Assembly (NCBI GenBank): GCA_964187785.1
Contig: OZ076409.1
Span: 12,526,001 to 12,590,000 of the forward strand
Direction: 5' to 3'
Source of the DNA: Amphiscolops sp. MND2022
Lineage: Eukaryota
DNA: 64,000 bases
The first letter of the stretch is position 1. Every line of letters starts with the position of its first letter. Under the pieces are notes generated by a model that saw nothing but the letters and a program-made list of their open reading frames with translations, searched no databases and was not told where the DNA came from. Position numbers and translations under genes: made by a program. This document shows positions 11,865-23,885 of this stretch, in pieces.

Positions 11865-12159
11865 CGGAGTTTTGACAGCGAAATAGCGGCCGCACAAAAA
11901 TTTTTAGCGATTCAAATTAGCGGCAACTAATAAATTGTCCAAATTGCTTCTGAATATACATGAGTTTCATAATGAATTTTGAAAAATTTCAACCTACCCT
12001 TGTAAAACTTCAGTATTAATAATTGTAGTCTTTTGTCTTAGGTTTTCGAATTAGGTTATCACTTGAAGTCAAACAGTTTTGATAGCTGGGAGAGAAAGTT
12101 TTTGGGCGAAATAGCCATTTTGAAATTAGCTGTTAGCGATTAGCAGTGTCCAAACCCTG
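11865..12159. mobile_element. hAT-like MITE remnant
   Basis: Inverted ends cggagttttgaca / tgtccaaaccctg; related ends at ~35690-35790 and ~42780-42852; target duplication not clean. Confidence 0.4.
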
Positions 12160-13985
12160 ATCTATGAACTCTTGCTGCTTTGCTGTGGCAGTTTTCGTTG
12201 GACCAAAAATCACCGTAGCTTGAGTGTTTGAAGCTAAACATCCGTCTGAGTAGCAGCAGAGGTTACAATGTTGTTGTGCACAACTGGTCTTGAACGAAAT
12301 AGGACGTGCGGTTAATCGCTTTTGGCGTAGAAAAGTACACAGTATGTGGAACTTAAACTACGACGTGAAGCTTTGTTTGGCTGAGCAATCGTAAGAAGAA
12401 ACTGATGGGGGTCTGAACTCCGCCCTTGAGCGTAAGAAATGTTTTTGGGAGGCTAAATTGTAGGCTAAGTCAACATATATATCAAATTGTACTGCAAGTT
12501 GCAACAATCTAATGTTTATGTAAACATCTACTGTCAATGATGATCTCGTTCAAACAACGCCTCGCCTGCGTTTCTGCCCAAATCAATCAATGCTGCCTTT
12601 TTATATCTGAACTGTCTGTGCGAAGCTTGATGCACAACATGAGATCATGTATTTTGGTCAGTGCCATTTTTGAAGAAGATGACCTCCTTCGTTTCTACAA
12701 CATTGTCGTTTTCCGCCATTAAATTTTGTCGGACCATGTCATCTACCCCCCCCCCCCCAACTGCGGCGGGGGGGGGATAAGACAGAAGCTTCAAATACCA
12801 TTATGTCGACATAGTTTGCGTTGAAATTTTGGTCCAATAAAATAATTAATGTCGCCATAATAGGCGCCTTTTTATACGATTTTAGCGTGTTTTTCTGCTA
12901 TTTTGGACAATAATATCAAAAAATTTTGGTGTTTTTTTACCTGAAGTGTCCAAACAGTTGTAGAGACAACCCTCTAAGTATATACATTCATATAATATTC
13001 TCTTATTAGTGAAATATTTTTATTCAAGAACAAAATGTGCTTTCGTGGGGGGGGGGGGGTAATTCCTAAGAAGGTGTACCTGGGGGGGGGAATAGATGTT
13101 TTATGATACATAGACGGTTCGAAGTGTAGTGTGTGCAAATGGTTCCTACTTGTTTCATCATAGTTTTCAAGCTAATAACTGTGGAAACAAATCTCAATTT
13201 TGTCTTCATTTAGAGTTGCGACTGATTTATACTTCATCATCTTTCGTTTATACAGAATTTTGTCGAGCATTTTCAATCCCCATGGACAATGGATGTCACA
13301 GTGATGAATGAATTTGTTGAAATACTTTCTTGGAAAACGTGTGACAAACGTGGACGCTCCAGAAGAATAGTTCTTGCTCAACGGAAACAAATGATAGCAT
13401 CAGACTGTTTTTGGTGTCATGGCCTTTTCTCCTGTTTTCCTTTTTAATTGATGTGACCGCTGCCGTTTCGAATCGTGCCACAGAGACAAACGAGAAGAGT
13501 ATTAATTTATTTTTGTGAATTTAGAACCAGAAGTGCCAAAATGGACTCTCAAATCTCCTGAGACTGCACCGATATGCATTAGAAGTAGATTATGCGCACT
13601 AGGCGTGGCTGCTAGGTGGAGAAAATGTTGAGAATTTTCCGCCCTTCGGGGAGTCTCATTTGTATCTTTTAGCGGACACCGTGAATTTAAACTGACCACT
13701 GCACTTGCTGCCACTTCCTTATTAGGAAGTGGAGGCTTAACTCGGCTATAGGGGCGGTGTACATGCGGAGTATTCATGTGTCAGTGGGATCTCTCCTGTA
13801 GATTTATTCATTAGATTGATTTAGTAGGTCATGCTCCGACTGTTTGATTGATACTTTTCATTTCAACACTAGAACCAAGTCCCCTCGTTTTATGGAGTCA
13901 ATCAGCTGAGTCGCGGACGGGCGGAATGATTGATGTATGAGTTGTATGTGAGAAGTAACTGATGTTGAAATATTGCATGTTTCAG

Positions 13986-14118
13986 AGACACCTCGCATCT
14001 GTCATCGATGGGAAAGCGATTGCAACAACATGTGGTCAAGAGAGACAGAAAGTACATCAAGTACTCGGCACAGCAGAATGGAAGTCATGCCAGAATGTTT
14101 CCTCATGCTCAACTCACA
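13986..14118 (+). CDS. axin: Axin coding exon 3
   Basis: tttcag| acceptor, |GTTAGT donor, phase 2 to 0; KRDRKYIKYSAQQNGSHARMFPH resembles the Axin HRREMQESVQVNG..LPH segment. Confidence 0.85.
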
Positions 14119-14142
14119 GTTAGTGACCCCTCCCCAAACCCA

Positions 14143-14674
14143 AACAAGCCGGGAACGGCCCAAGTCGGCGCCATATCTAAGGCTCAAAAAGACTCGAAAA
14201 CTATTTTTTTTACTGGAGACAACAAAAGCTCTCAAAAAACTAAACATTGAGGAAAAAATTTTCCGATTTTTTTTGAATTTTTTTGAAGTCTCCGGTGAGT
14301 CGCATAGTGCCGAAAAACGTAAAAGGGGGACTCTTTGGGATTTTTGAACATCCGTTCTGTTGCAAAATATCAAAAAAATGATGGGGATCCTTTGGAGCAA
14401 TAAAAAAAATTCGGAAAAATGATAAATTTGAACAGTCTCACAGTGCCGAAAAAAGGAGGAAAGTCTCGTAGTGTCGAAAAAAGTGAAAAGTGGGACCCTT
14501 CTGCTTCGGAATGGCTTTTTATCTCATGTTAGAGGCTTTGGATGCGTTGAAAATGAAGTACTAAGTACATATTGTAAAAGTGCATAATGCACAAAAAGAC
14601 CGATCGCGTTGAACTGACGAAAAAAACTAGCCATTGTAAGAGTCGGGTTTTTCTTCGAAAACGCCGACTAAAAA
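14143..14674 (-). mobile_element. Helentron-associated (HINE/DINE-like) non-autonomous element
   Basis: On the minus strand: 5' TTTTTAGTCGGCG subterminal repeat; 3' CGCCGACT followed by a gccg-ttcc-cggc hairpin and TTGTT; internal gggtccc/cggcac(t)gtgagac units; no target duplication. Confidence 0.7.
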
Positions 14675-15706
14675 ACGCATCGGGCCATTACTCATCTTGA
14701 CTCTTTTCTGTCTACCACCCACGCCATTAAAAATTTTAAGGTGAAAACTTGAAAACTAGTTTTTCATCGTAATAGTTTTTCGTTTGAACGAAATATTTTT
14801 CACACATTTGACTGTGATTATGTTGAAGGTTAACTGTTTTCTGTGACTCAAAACACGAAGGCATTGATTTTTTAATGAAGAATGCGTGAATAAAATTCAT
14901 ATTCGAATCCTAAATTGTCACCTTGAAATTATATTTCAAATTGAAAGTTTGTAAGTTCTTATAATAAAATAATTTTGTGCTAATATTTTCACTAAATTTC
15001 CAAAAAAAAACGATGGTGGGGAGATAGCAGAAAAGAGCCATCATATTATCTTACTTAGTCAACGACGTTCCTTTAAATGAAAAATTTCACATTTCGAAAC
15101 GAAAAACTCATTTTTACAATATTCGAATTTCAAAAAGATTCATTGAAATTTCAAGCAGAAGAATTATGGGTTGTGGAAATTTCACTTTGGGTCTTTCACT
15201 TTTTTTTCACTTTTTTTGGTATTTCACTTTTTTTGGAAAATACTGCAAGTATAAACGTCATTTCCCAAAAAATTTTAGTGCGATTTCGGCATTGAAGTTC
15301 CCTCAATTCTGTTCAATCCATCAATTTTCTTGAATTGCCAACTTTTAGAAAAATAGAATATTTGCGAATAAACGCTTTCAATTTCGTCATTTTTCAATGA
15401 GACTGTCGTGTTCATTGAGTGGGATAATTGTTGGTTCTAATTTGCGATTTTTATGTCAAATTCGCGAAGTGCATCTCATTGAAATACGACAGTCAATGCC
15501 ATAGAATTGAATAAATTAGTCAGCGGTGGGCTGTTGTGCGGTTGTATATAAGCAGCAAAGTGATTCTTTTTGAGTCATTTGACTGCTATGGGAATGGAAT
15601 CAAATGGCAATGCATTTTGTGCAGACTTACTTCATTTCAAATGTCCTTTCTATATTTTCAGGCATTCCATGTTTATAAAGTATTTAAGGAGATTTGTTTC
15701 TTTTAG

Positions 15707-15886
15707 CGTTCCAGCCACATATCCACAACAAACAATGTGAACCGGAGTCAGTGTGAGCAGAACTTGAGTGTGCCGGAGTTTGCGGCTTTGTTGATCCAGA
15801 AGCTGGAAATTGCCAAGAGTGAGAAAGAACGCAGCGAGCGGGCCACTGCCCAACACGACTACCGGTCAAACTACCATGCCACTGTA
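15707..15886 (+). CDS. axin: Axin coding exon 4 (GSK3-binding helix)
   Basis: ttttag| and |GTGAGT, phase 0/0; SVPEFAALLIQKLEIAKSEKE matches VEPQKFAEELIHRLEAVQ. Confidence 0.93.
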
Positions 15887-18021
15887 GTGAGTAACTTCAG
15901 TAGTCGTCATTCGATCGATTACGTACCAAGTAACATAGAAGCAAATAACAAAAAAATGAAATTAGTTTCATATAACATAAGAATAAAACCGAATACCCGG
16001 TTATACAATCGAACTCACGAAATTTTTATCTAATTTTCACACTTTTTTCAGTGAATCTTTTGAATTGTGAATGCTTTTGACCACTAAAACTTTCTCGGAA
16101 ACAATTTTGTTTTTATGTTTAGTGAAACATTTCATTTTATTTCATGTTATTTGAATCTAATTTAGTTTTCATGTTATTTGGGAATCAATTCATTCGATCT
16201 ACCTACGTTTCACCATTCTCTTTCTACCTTTAACAGCATTATCCTCACACTTCGTCAAAGTCCTTTTTAAAATTTAAATTGTTGCATCTCAAGATAATAA
16301 TTTTTCAGTAAGATCATAAGATCAGTAATTTTGCTTTCACTAACTGTTAGTGATTTGAGTCGCTTGTAAGCGAAAGCGTAGAAGAAGCGAAAGCGACGTA
16401 ATATCCGAATAGCGTCGACAGCGAAAGTGACAACTGAGATTTGCGCTTATTTGATTGGTCGGACGTTCAAGTTATTGTGGTGACAAAGTACCAACTCTTC
16501 AGTTTTTTGTACTAAGCGTTTCACTCGACATCAATACAGTTGAAAGATCTCTCTTTTGTGGTGGTAGTTTGTTGACAAAAGATAGTAACAGATCAAGTTC
16601 GAAATGTTGTAAAGAAATTGCAACGTTTGACTTTTAAATTTGCGGAGCCAAAATTTTCTCCCAGAAAGTGTCGCTTAAGTGTTAGCGGGCCAGGCACAAG
16701 TGCAACAAGCGATAAGAGCGTTTTTGGCAAAACCTAATTCACTGCTGACTGTCCTTTACCTAATGTTTGTTCTACTTAGATAGAAAAACCAAATAGTTGA
16801 AATCCGTGTGTGGTTGATCAGCTCTATTAATATCACGAGTGTCAAAGATGGTTTTTAATGCATGGAGTTTTCTGGTCTGTCAGTTGCTGTGACAACTACA
16901 GTTGAATTCGCCTAATTCGCATCGTTAGGGACTGAATAAAAAGAACGAATAATAAGAAATACGAATTAACCGGATGACATTACTTTGGTTGTCGCAAAAT
17001 GGGGGTCTCATACATACGAATTAAACGAAGATCCCATTTATCCTATCTGGACGCGAATTAAACAGGAGTTGACTGTAAGAACTTGGAAACGCAAAACAAA
17101 GCACATAATGTACTCCAAGGTTGCAATGTGTCATTTTGTGCATCGAGGAGCACGTCTGACAGATTTCGGAAATGGAGCTAAATTATTTGATGAAATCAAT
17201 CGTCTATCGAAGTGTCTTACGCCTCATAAAATTCTACTAATGACACAGCTTTCTTTTCCATGAATCTTTCCTAAAAATAGTTCTTCCTGCTATTCGTTTT
17301 CTACTTATTTTCTGTTTGTGCCTACATCATTGGCTCAGGCTTGCACTGGTTGGAAGGAAAAACATGAGTTTCAGATAAAATTCAGATATTTGTTCTTGAG
17401 GCGTTTCGAAGCCTTAAGAATAAATCAACCCTTTTCCTCGATTTTTTTGTCAAATTTTGAGTCTTCTAATTATTTGAACGTCAATATTGTACCTCGTGTT
17501 TTTATGTTTTGTTAATTTGACTAGGTACCTGTTGAAATTGCTCGATATCGCGCAAATTTAAGGGGACGGTAAATAGCTTCCGAAGAAATAACATCTGACA
17601 GTAAGTAACGTCCAAAAAGGCAATCGTGATCTAATACCTCGAGTGCTGTGAACGCTGGAGCCAAGCGAAGTGCACCGACGTACCTTTGCCGGTCTAGCTG
17701 CTGATTTGACGGAGACCGAGTGTAATCAATGACATTACACCGAGTCATACATTTTTTAGGCGCTTTTTGTGAAAAAAAATACCGGCTCTCACAGTGACTT
17801 TTTTCTCCAGACCACAGCCTTCTTACTGAAAGGTCAACTTACAAAATTTCTCTAGGCCTTCCTACCTTACTAGAAAGCAACCTCGGGTGCTTCCAAAGGG
17901 TACCACTTTTGGTTACACTAGCTTTTAAAGCTATTGTCGTTTCTAGACAACTCATAAGGTTTGGTTTTACTGTTTTTTTCGGCATTGTGAGACTTTTTCC
18001 CGAAATTTTTGATGTCGCCAA

Positions 18022-21000
18022 TGTTATATTCTAACTAGCTTTAGATAAAATGAGGTTTTCTAAAATAATATCTCTTCTGTATCAAAGTAGTAGACTATAC
18101 AACAGTATTTCTATAAAATAAATGGATGTAACAGTTTCACATCTAATGTTTGTAAACAACAGACTGGTATGTCTGTTACCGGAGTTCGGTAAAGGTTGTT
18201 GCTTTTGATTGACGGATGAACCGTATAACATTTCCCCTTCTCTCTCCGGGGTTTTTTCAGAGGCTTGAAGATGTGCCGGGTAACGTCATGTTCTCCGGCA
18301 GGAAGTCTTGCGGTTTTTGTGCAGTTCCCGGTATTGGTTTGGGTGTGCCCTTTGTTCGAGTCCAGCTGTGGCCTGTAATATAAACAACTTTTTCATACCC
18401 AAAAATTTCCTTTATATGTTATACCACCGTATCTATTCGGTTTATTTATGTTTCGGTTTGACCGTCTATATTTATTTTGAGAGTTCTCACCCTGTTGCGC
18501 ATTTCTCCGTCAGTGTGTATTTGTATGACATCATTTTCGGGGTCTGTTTGTATCGGAGCATACCGTCCATCTTTCTCCGATGTGTCATACGTCTTTCCGG
18601 CATCTTCCGGTATTTCTTCGTCGTCTTCGTCTTCCGTCTCTGTTTCGGTGTGCTTCTTGTTTTGCACTATTCTCAGTTTCCCGTTTAGTATGTCTTTGAG
18701 TATTTCATCCCATTTCTCGTATTTGCCGCCGAGTCCGCGTAGGCAATGTCGGTTCTTGGGCGTTATCTCAGTTGAGACTGTCGGTGCCGATTCTCTTCGG
18801 TGTCTTTTCTCGCTCTGAAATAATGGATCCGAAATAAATTTTCGGTGTATTATTTTTCCCGTATCAGTTTTTACGGTGTTCTCGGTTCCGCTTAATGCGG
18901 TTTGTATTTTTGATTGGAATCTACCTTCTAAGGATTTCCGGTTATGTCTTTTCTAGAAATTTAAAGGGATATCTAACCGAGCTCCTCTTCTTCGGTGATT
19001 TTGACTCCGAGGCCAGTTGCCGTTCTTCGGTCTTTGTCCGGGCCATCACCATGTGGTTGGTCACCAACCACATGGTGATGGCCCGGACAAAGACCGAAGA
19101 ACGGCAACTGGTGATCACGGTGATTTCCCCGTCTGCGTCTCTACCGACATATATCGGTATTTTTGGCCGAGTTGGTGCTGAAACGGACAGTTCTGACCAA
19201 TTGGATAAGAATGATTTTCCGTCTTTTATTATGTTAGTTCCGTTCTCGGCTTTCGACCGTGGTGTAATTCAAATGGTGTTTTCTTTAGTCCGGTGTGTAT
19301 TGTGAATCGCATCACTTTTAATGCTCTATTAACACTTTCGGTTAGGTTATTTCCGTCTTCCATATTAGCTAGCACTAGATTTTTCATTGTTTGTATTGCT
19401 CTTTCTACTGTTCCGTTTCCGGTATGCATTCTCGGGGGGCAATATTGTATTTCTATATTTCGGGCTTTGCAAAATTCTTTATATTCGGTTGAGGTGAACG
19501 CTCCCCCTTTATCGGATTTAATTTTTTCTGGTATGCCGTATAAGTTAAACTGATTTGATAGGAAACTTGTAACTTCTTTTGTTTCCGATGTTTTACAAAT
19601 TTTCGCCGTCGGCCATTTACTAAACCGGTCTATTGCAATTAGTATTTGTGGTTCGCCGTTTAGGTTCTTCTTATGTAATTTTCCGGTAAAATCAATTTGT
19701 ATTTCTTGTCCCGGTTCGGACAGTTTTTCTAGTTTCCCGTACTTGTTTTTTGGAATTTGGTATTTAAGGTTCTTACCTGTAGCTAGGCAGGCTGTGCAAT
19801 CTTTTACTCTTTGTTCGATATCTTTCCGCATTTCCGGCCACCAAAATATCTTCGCGTCTGCTAACATTTTTGTTATTCCGGAGTGACCGAAGTGTAGAAT
19901 TTCAATAAGCCGTCTTCTCAAGTCGATGGGAACGGCAATTTGATCGTCGACGAAGACTAGGCCCCATCGAACCGAGAGTTTATCGAAGACCGCTCTGTAT
20001 CCTTCGGGCGCGGAGTCTTTTTCCTCTCTTCTCATGCTGGTCCGGACTCGTGTCATTTCCGGATCGATCGCCGTTTTGGATATAAGTGTTTTGAGGTCGA
20101 GCATGAAATTAAATTCTGCTTTTTTGATGTTTTCTTCCGTCATCTTTTTGTTCTCGGTGAGCCGGCCCACAATGTGGTTTATTTGAATGTAATGGGCTTC
20201 CTTGCCTTCTGTATGGTATTTCCTGAGGTCAACGATCGGCAAATTGTCCCCCCGCATTATCACGCTATCTTCTTCGGTGTCCACCGTATTTTGTTCGGTT
20301 TGCAGTTCTCCCTCTTCGGGTGCTTCCGGTTCATTTTCTTCCTCTTCTAGTATTGGCCGGTATCCACCGCCTATTCGGTTAGCTCTTTGTGTGAGCTCCG
20401 CATCTATTTCCGCAACCTCTTCTCGGCTTCTTTTATTCGGTCTTGATGGTGTAAAGATCATTCTCTGTGATTGCGGGTCGTATCGTCTTCTCATTGTTCC
20501 GGGCTTTGCTAGCGTTTCTCTCCTTTCTACTAGTCTCCGTGTTTCCGGGCTTTTGTTTCTTCTTCTTATTATCTCCATAATTTCTCGGGTTGCTCCCCAG
20601 TGGTACAGGTTTTCTCGGTTCATTTTCTCAATATCTTCTTCTTTCACGTTTGAACTTGTCTTTGCGGTGCTAATTTCGGACTGCCCGGATGTGGTTTTCT
20701 CGCTTTCGTTAATTTTATTCACGTGGTCTTTGTTCTGGAATGTTCTATTTGCGTGTGATTGGTCGTTTTTTTTGCTCATTTTCGCTCTCGGATGTATTCC
20801 GTTTCGTCTCGGTATTTTGTTTGCTGTAATCTGATTGGCTGTCGAATAGTGAACCATATTTTGCGTTCACTTCCGCATGCTCGGTTAATATGTTAATGAC
20901 GTATTCTTCGTCGTATTTATCTTCTGTTGGTGCTCCCCCTACCGGATTTCTGCTGAGATAGTCGGTGAATTTCATGTTGCTGCCGGCAATATGTTGAACT

Positions 21001-23885
21001 GCGATGTCAAAATGTGCTAGCCGATCTAACCATCTAGTTAGTCTTGCACTGTATTGGTGGTTGCTTCGGTTCCTTTTAATTAGAGGTTCTAGTGCTTGGT
21101 GATCCGTATATAGGTGTACCTTTTTTCCGTATAGGTAGAAGCGGAATTTTTCCAATCCCCAGACTACTGCTAGCAGTTCAAGTTCACCGATTGAATAGTT
21201 CTTTTCGGTGTTGTTTAGGTATCTACTACCGAATGCAATTGGTTTCAATTCCCCGTCGTCTTGCTTTTGCCAAAGCGTAATGCCGAGACCGGTTTTACTC
21301 GCGTCTGTCGTTACCATGTTATCTTTATCTTTTGCGTAATGTGCTAGACATGGTTTTTCGGTCAGCATTTGTTTTATTTGTATAAAATCATTTTCTTGTT
21401 CTTGTCCCCATATCCATGGTTCATTTTTCTTCAACAGTTTTCTCAATCTGTCTGTCTTTTCCGATAATTTCGGTAGAAATTTTGCTAAATATTGTATTGC
21501 CCCGAGGAATGATTTCAGTTTTGTATTGCGGTGATTTCAGTTTTTGTATCGCTTCAACCTTCTCCTCGTTTGGTTTTATCCCGGATTCGTCAATTTCGTG
21601 TCCCAACCATTTTGTCTGTTTTAGGAAGAATTCCGATTTCCTTTTGCTCGCCCGGTATCCGGCTTTTTCGAGTTTAGATAAAACATCAAATAGTTTTTTC
21701 TCGTGTTCTTGTCTACTTCCGCGTGTTACTACTATGATGTCATCTAACCATGCCGGTGTACTGTATTCCAGTGTTCGGTCTTTTTTCTCCTGGAAGATTG
21801 TGGGGATATCGGCGAGTCCGTAAAACCCTTTTTTAAATCTGTAGTACCCGCTGAATTTCGCTCCGGTGATTGCGAATACGCATTGTCGGCTTGTCTCTTC
21901 GGATAATTTCATTTGTCCGTATGCATAGTCTAAGTCGATCTTTGACATGAATAATTGTAATGTTCGGTCTCGTGTAATTTCCACCGATATTTGGTTTAAT
22001 AATTCCTCCATATTCGGCATGTGTGGTCTCCGTTTAATGCAACTATCGTTTAGTTTCCGGGAGTCTAGTGCTATTTTCACCGATTTGTCATTCTTTACCG
22101 TTATTACTACCGGTGATACGAAACAGTCTTCATCCACATTGTTTACTTTCTCTAGATGTCCGGCTTTTATTAGTTTCTCTAATTCCCGTCCTACATCTTC
22201 TTGTAGGTGTAGTGGTATCGGTCTTGCTTTTTGTTTCACCGGGTAATGTCCGGGTTTCAGTTGTATGTTTATTTCGGTATCTTTTATTGTCCGGTTGTTT
22301 TCGAATAGGTCCGGGAACTTGTTAATTATTCTCTCCTTTTCTGATTGGCCGATTTCGGCCAGTTGTATTTTACCGATTGTCAGCTTGAATCTTTTCATCC
22401 AGTCCATCCCCAGTAGGGGTGTTATGTCCGCTCTTTCGGTGATTAGTATTTCCATTTTTTGGTTGTTATTTTCGTATTCTATGTTTACCGGTATTTTCCC
22501 CCGGAATTTTACTTCATTCTTGTTTACATCTTGGTATCGGTTTGTTATTTTTTGTATTTCGGTTTTCTTTATGATTTGTTCGTCTAATGGCATTATGGTC
22601 ACCGGTGATCCGGTATCGATGATAAATTCTTTTGGTGTTCCGTTTATCTTTATTTTCGCCGTGTAATGTTTCTGTTGTTCTACGATGTTCTTTATTTCTT
22701 CTATATGATATATACTTTCATCGGATTCGCTCATCGATTCGTTTGGTTGTATTTCTTCTTCTTCGGTAAGTTTACTCAGTGTTCGGTTGTTCTTTGTTCT
22801 TTGTTTGCATGCCCGTGCGTAATGTCCCTTCTTTCCGCAATTGTTACAATTTGATTCTAATGCTGGGCATTTGTGTGTTGGGTTCCAATTTGGTGCGTTG
22901 CAGAATCTGCATGGTCGGTTGTCCGTTATTCTCGTTTTCGGTCTGGTTCCGAATTTCTCCACTTTTTGTATTGGTTCTTCTTTGATCATCTGTTTTTCTT
23001 TTGTTGTGATTAATGCTTCGGGTATTGTATTTTTCTTGTTTTTCTTTTCGTATGAGTTTTGTTTAATCATTTCGATTGTTTTCTTCATCTCTAGGGTCTT
23101 TTCTTTCATTAGCTTGTCCCGTAACTTCTTGTCGGTAATCGCTGTCATGTATTTGGATATTAGTAGTTCTTCGGCTGAGATGGTTCCGAAATTACATTCT
23201 TTTTCTATTTCAATCAGTCGTCTCCAGAACTCTTCGGGTGTTTCATTCTCCGATTGTTTCGCCCAAAAGAAGTCTCCTCTATTGTGATATGTGTTCCGTT
23301 TTGGGAGGTAATGTTCGGTATATAACCGAATTAGGTCTTTGATTTTTATGCTGTCCGGTTCCGTTTTGTACTCGGCCCGGGTTATCTGCTACAGTGCTTC
23401 CGGTCCCACTCCCCAGATAAAATCTTCTTGGATTTTTGTTTCTTTTTCGGCTGTCCAACCGGCTTCTGTGATATCTTCCCCTTTTATTAATGGTGTGATG
23501 TCGATTTTGTGTTCTCGTTTGGTAAATTGTCTAAATCTCTCCAACCATTGTCTCGGGGTAAATATTGGGTTTCCGTCTGATGCTTTTGCTTCTAGGTTTG
23601 GTACAGTATTCTTTTCGGCCATAGTTCCGGTTAAAATTTTCGGTTGGTAAAAGAAAAAATCTTGCCTACTGCGCCATGTTGTATTCTAACTAGCTTTAGA
23701 TGAAATGAGGTTTTCTAAAATAATATCTCTTCTGTATCAAAGTAGTAGACTATACAACAGTATTTCTATAACATAAATGGATGTAACAGTTTCACATCTA
23801 ATGTTTGTAAACAACAGACTGGTATCTCTGTTACCGGAGTTCGGTAAAGGTTGTTGCTTTTGATTGACGGATGAACCGTATAACA
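18022..23885 (-). mobile_element. Full-length Ty3/gypsy (Mag-like) LTR retrotransposon in Axin intron 4, antisense, recently inactivated
   Basis: 209-bp TG...CA LTRs (18022-18230, 23677-23885) with 4 mismatches by my count; 5-bp TSD GCCAA; PBS TGGCGCAGTAGGC (tRNA-Ser-like); PPT at 18231-18247. Gag has two Cys/His knuckles, then protease FIIDTGS, RT WLDD, RNase H (DAS, YSIGELELLAV) and integrase (HFGH..CTAC, IDF, SDKG, VER). One stop at 23389 and several frameshifts. Confidence 0.97.
19013..19111. repeat. Perfect 99-bp palindrome (49-bp arms, 1-nt loop)
   Basis: ccagttgccgttcttcggtctttgtccgggccatcaccatgtggttggt-c-accaaccacatggtgatggcccggacaaagaccgaagaacggcaactgg. Confidence 0.97.

Noticed and set aside
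12741..13098. C-run/G-run inverted structure
   Set aside because: Possibly a decayed MITE, but there is no clear TSD and homopolymers give chance complementarity.
14002..14400. 132-aa minus-strand ORF, and the similar 35050-35457 ORF
   Set aside because: Fortuitous frames in HINE repeats.
20202..23650. Plus-strand ORFs of 100-210 aa
   Set aside because: Antisense shadows of the gypsy gag-pol, with Ser/Phe/Ile bias.
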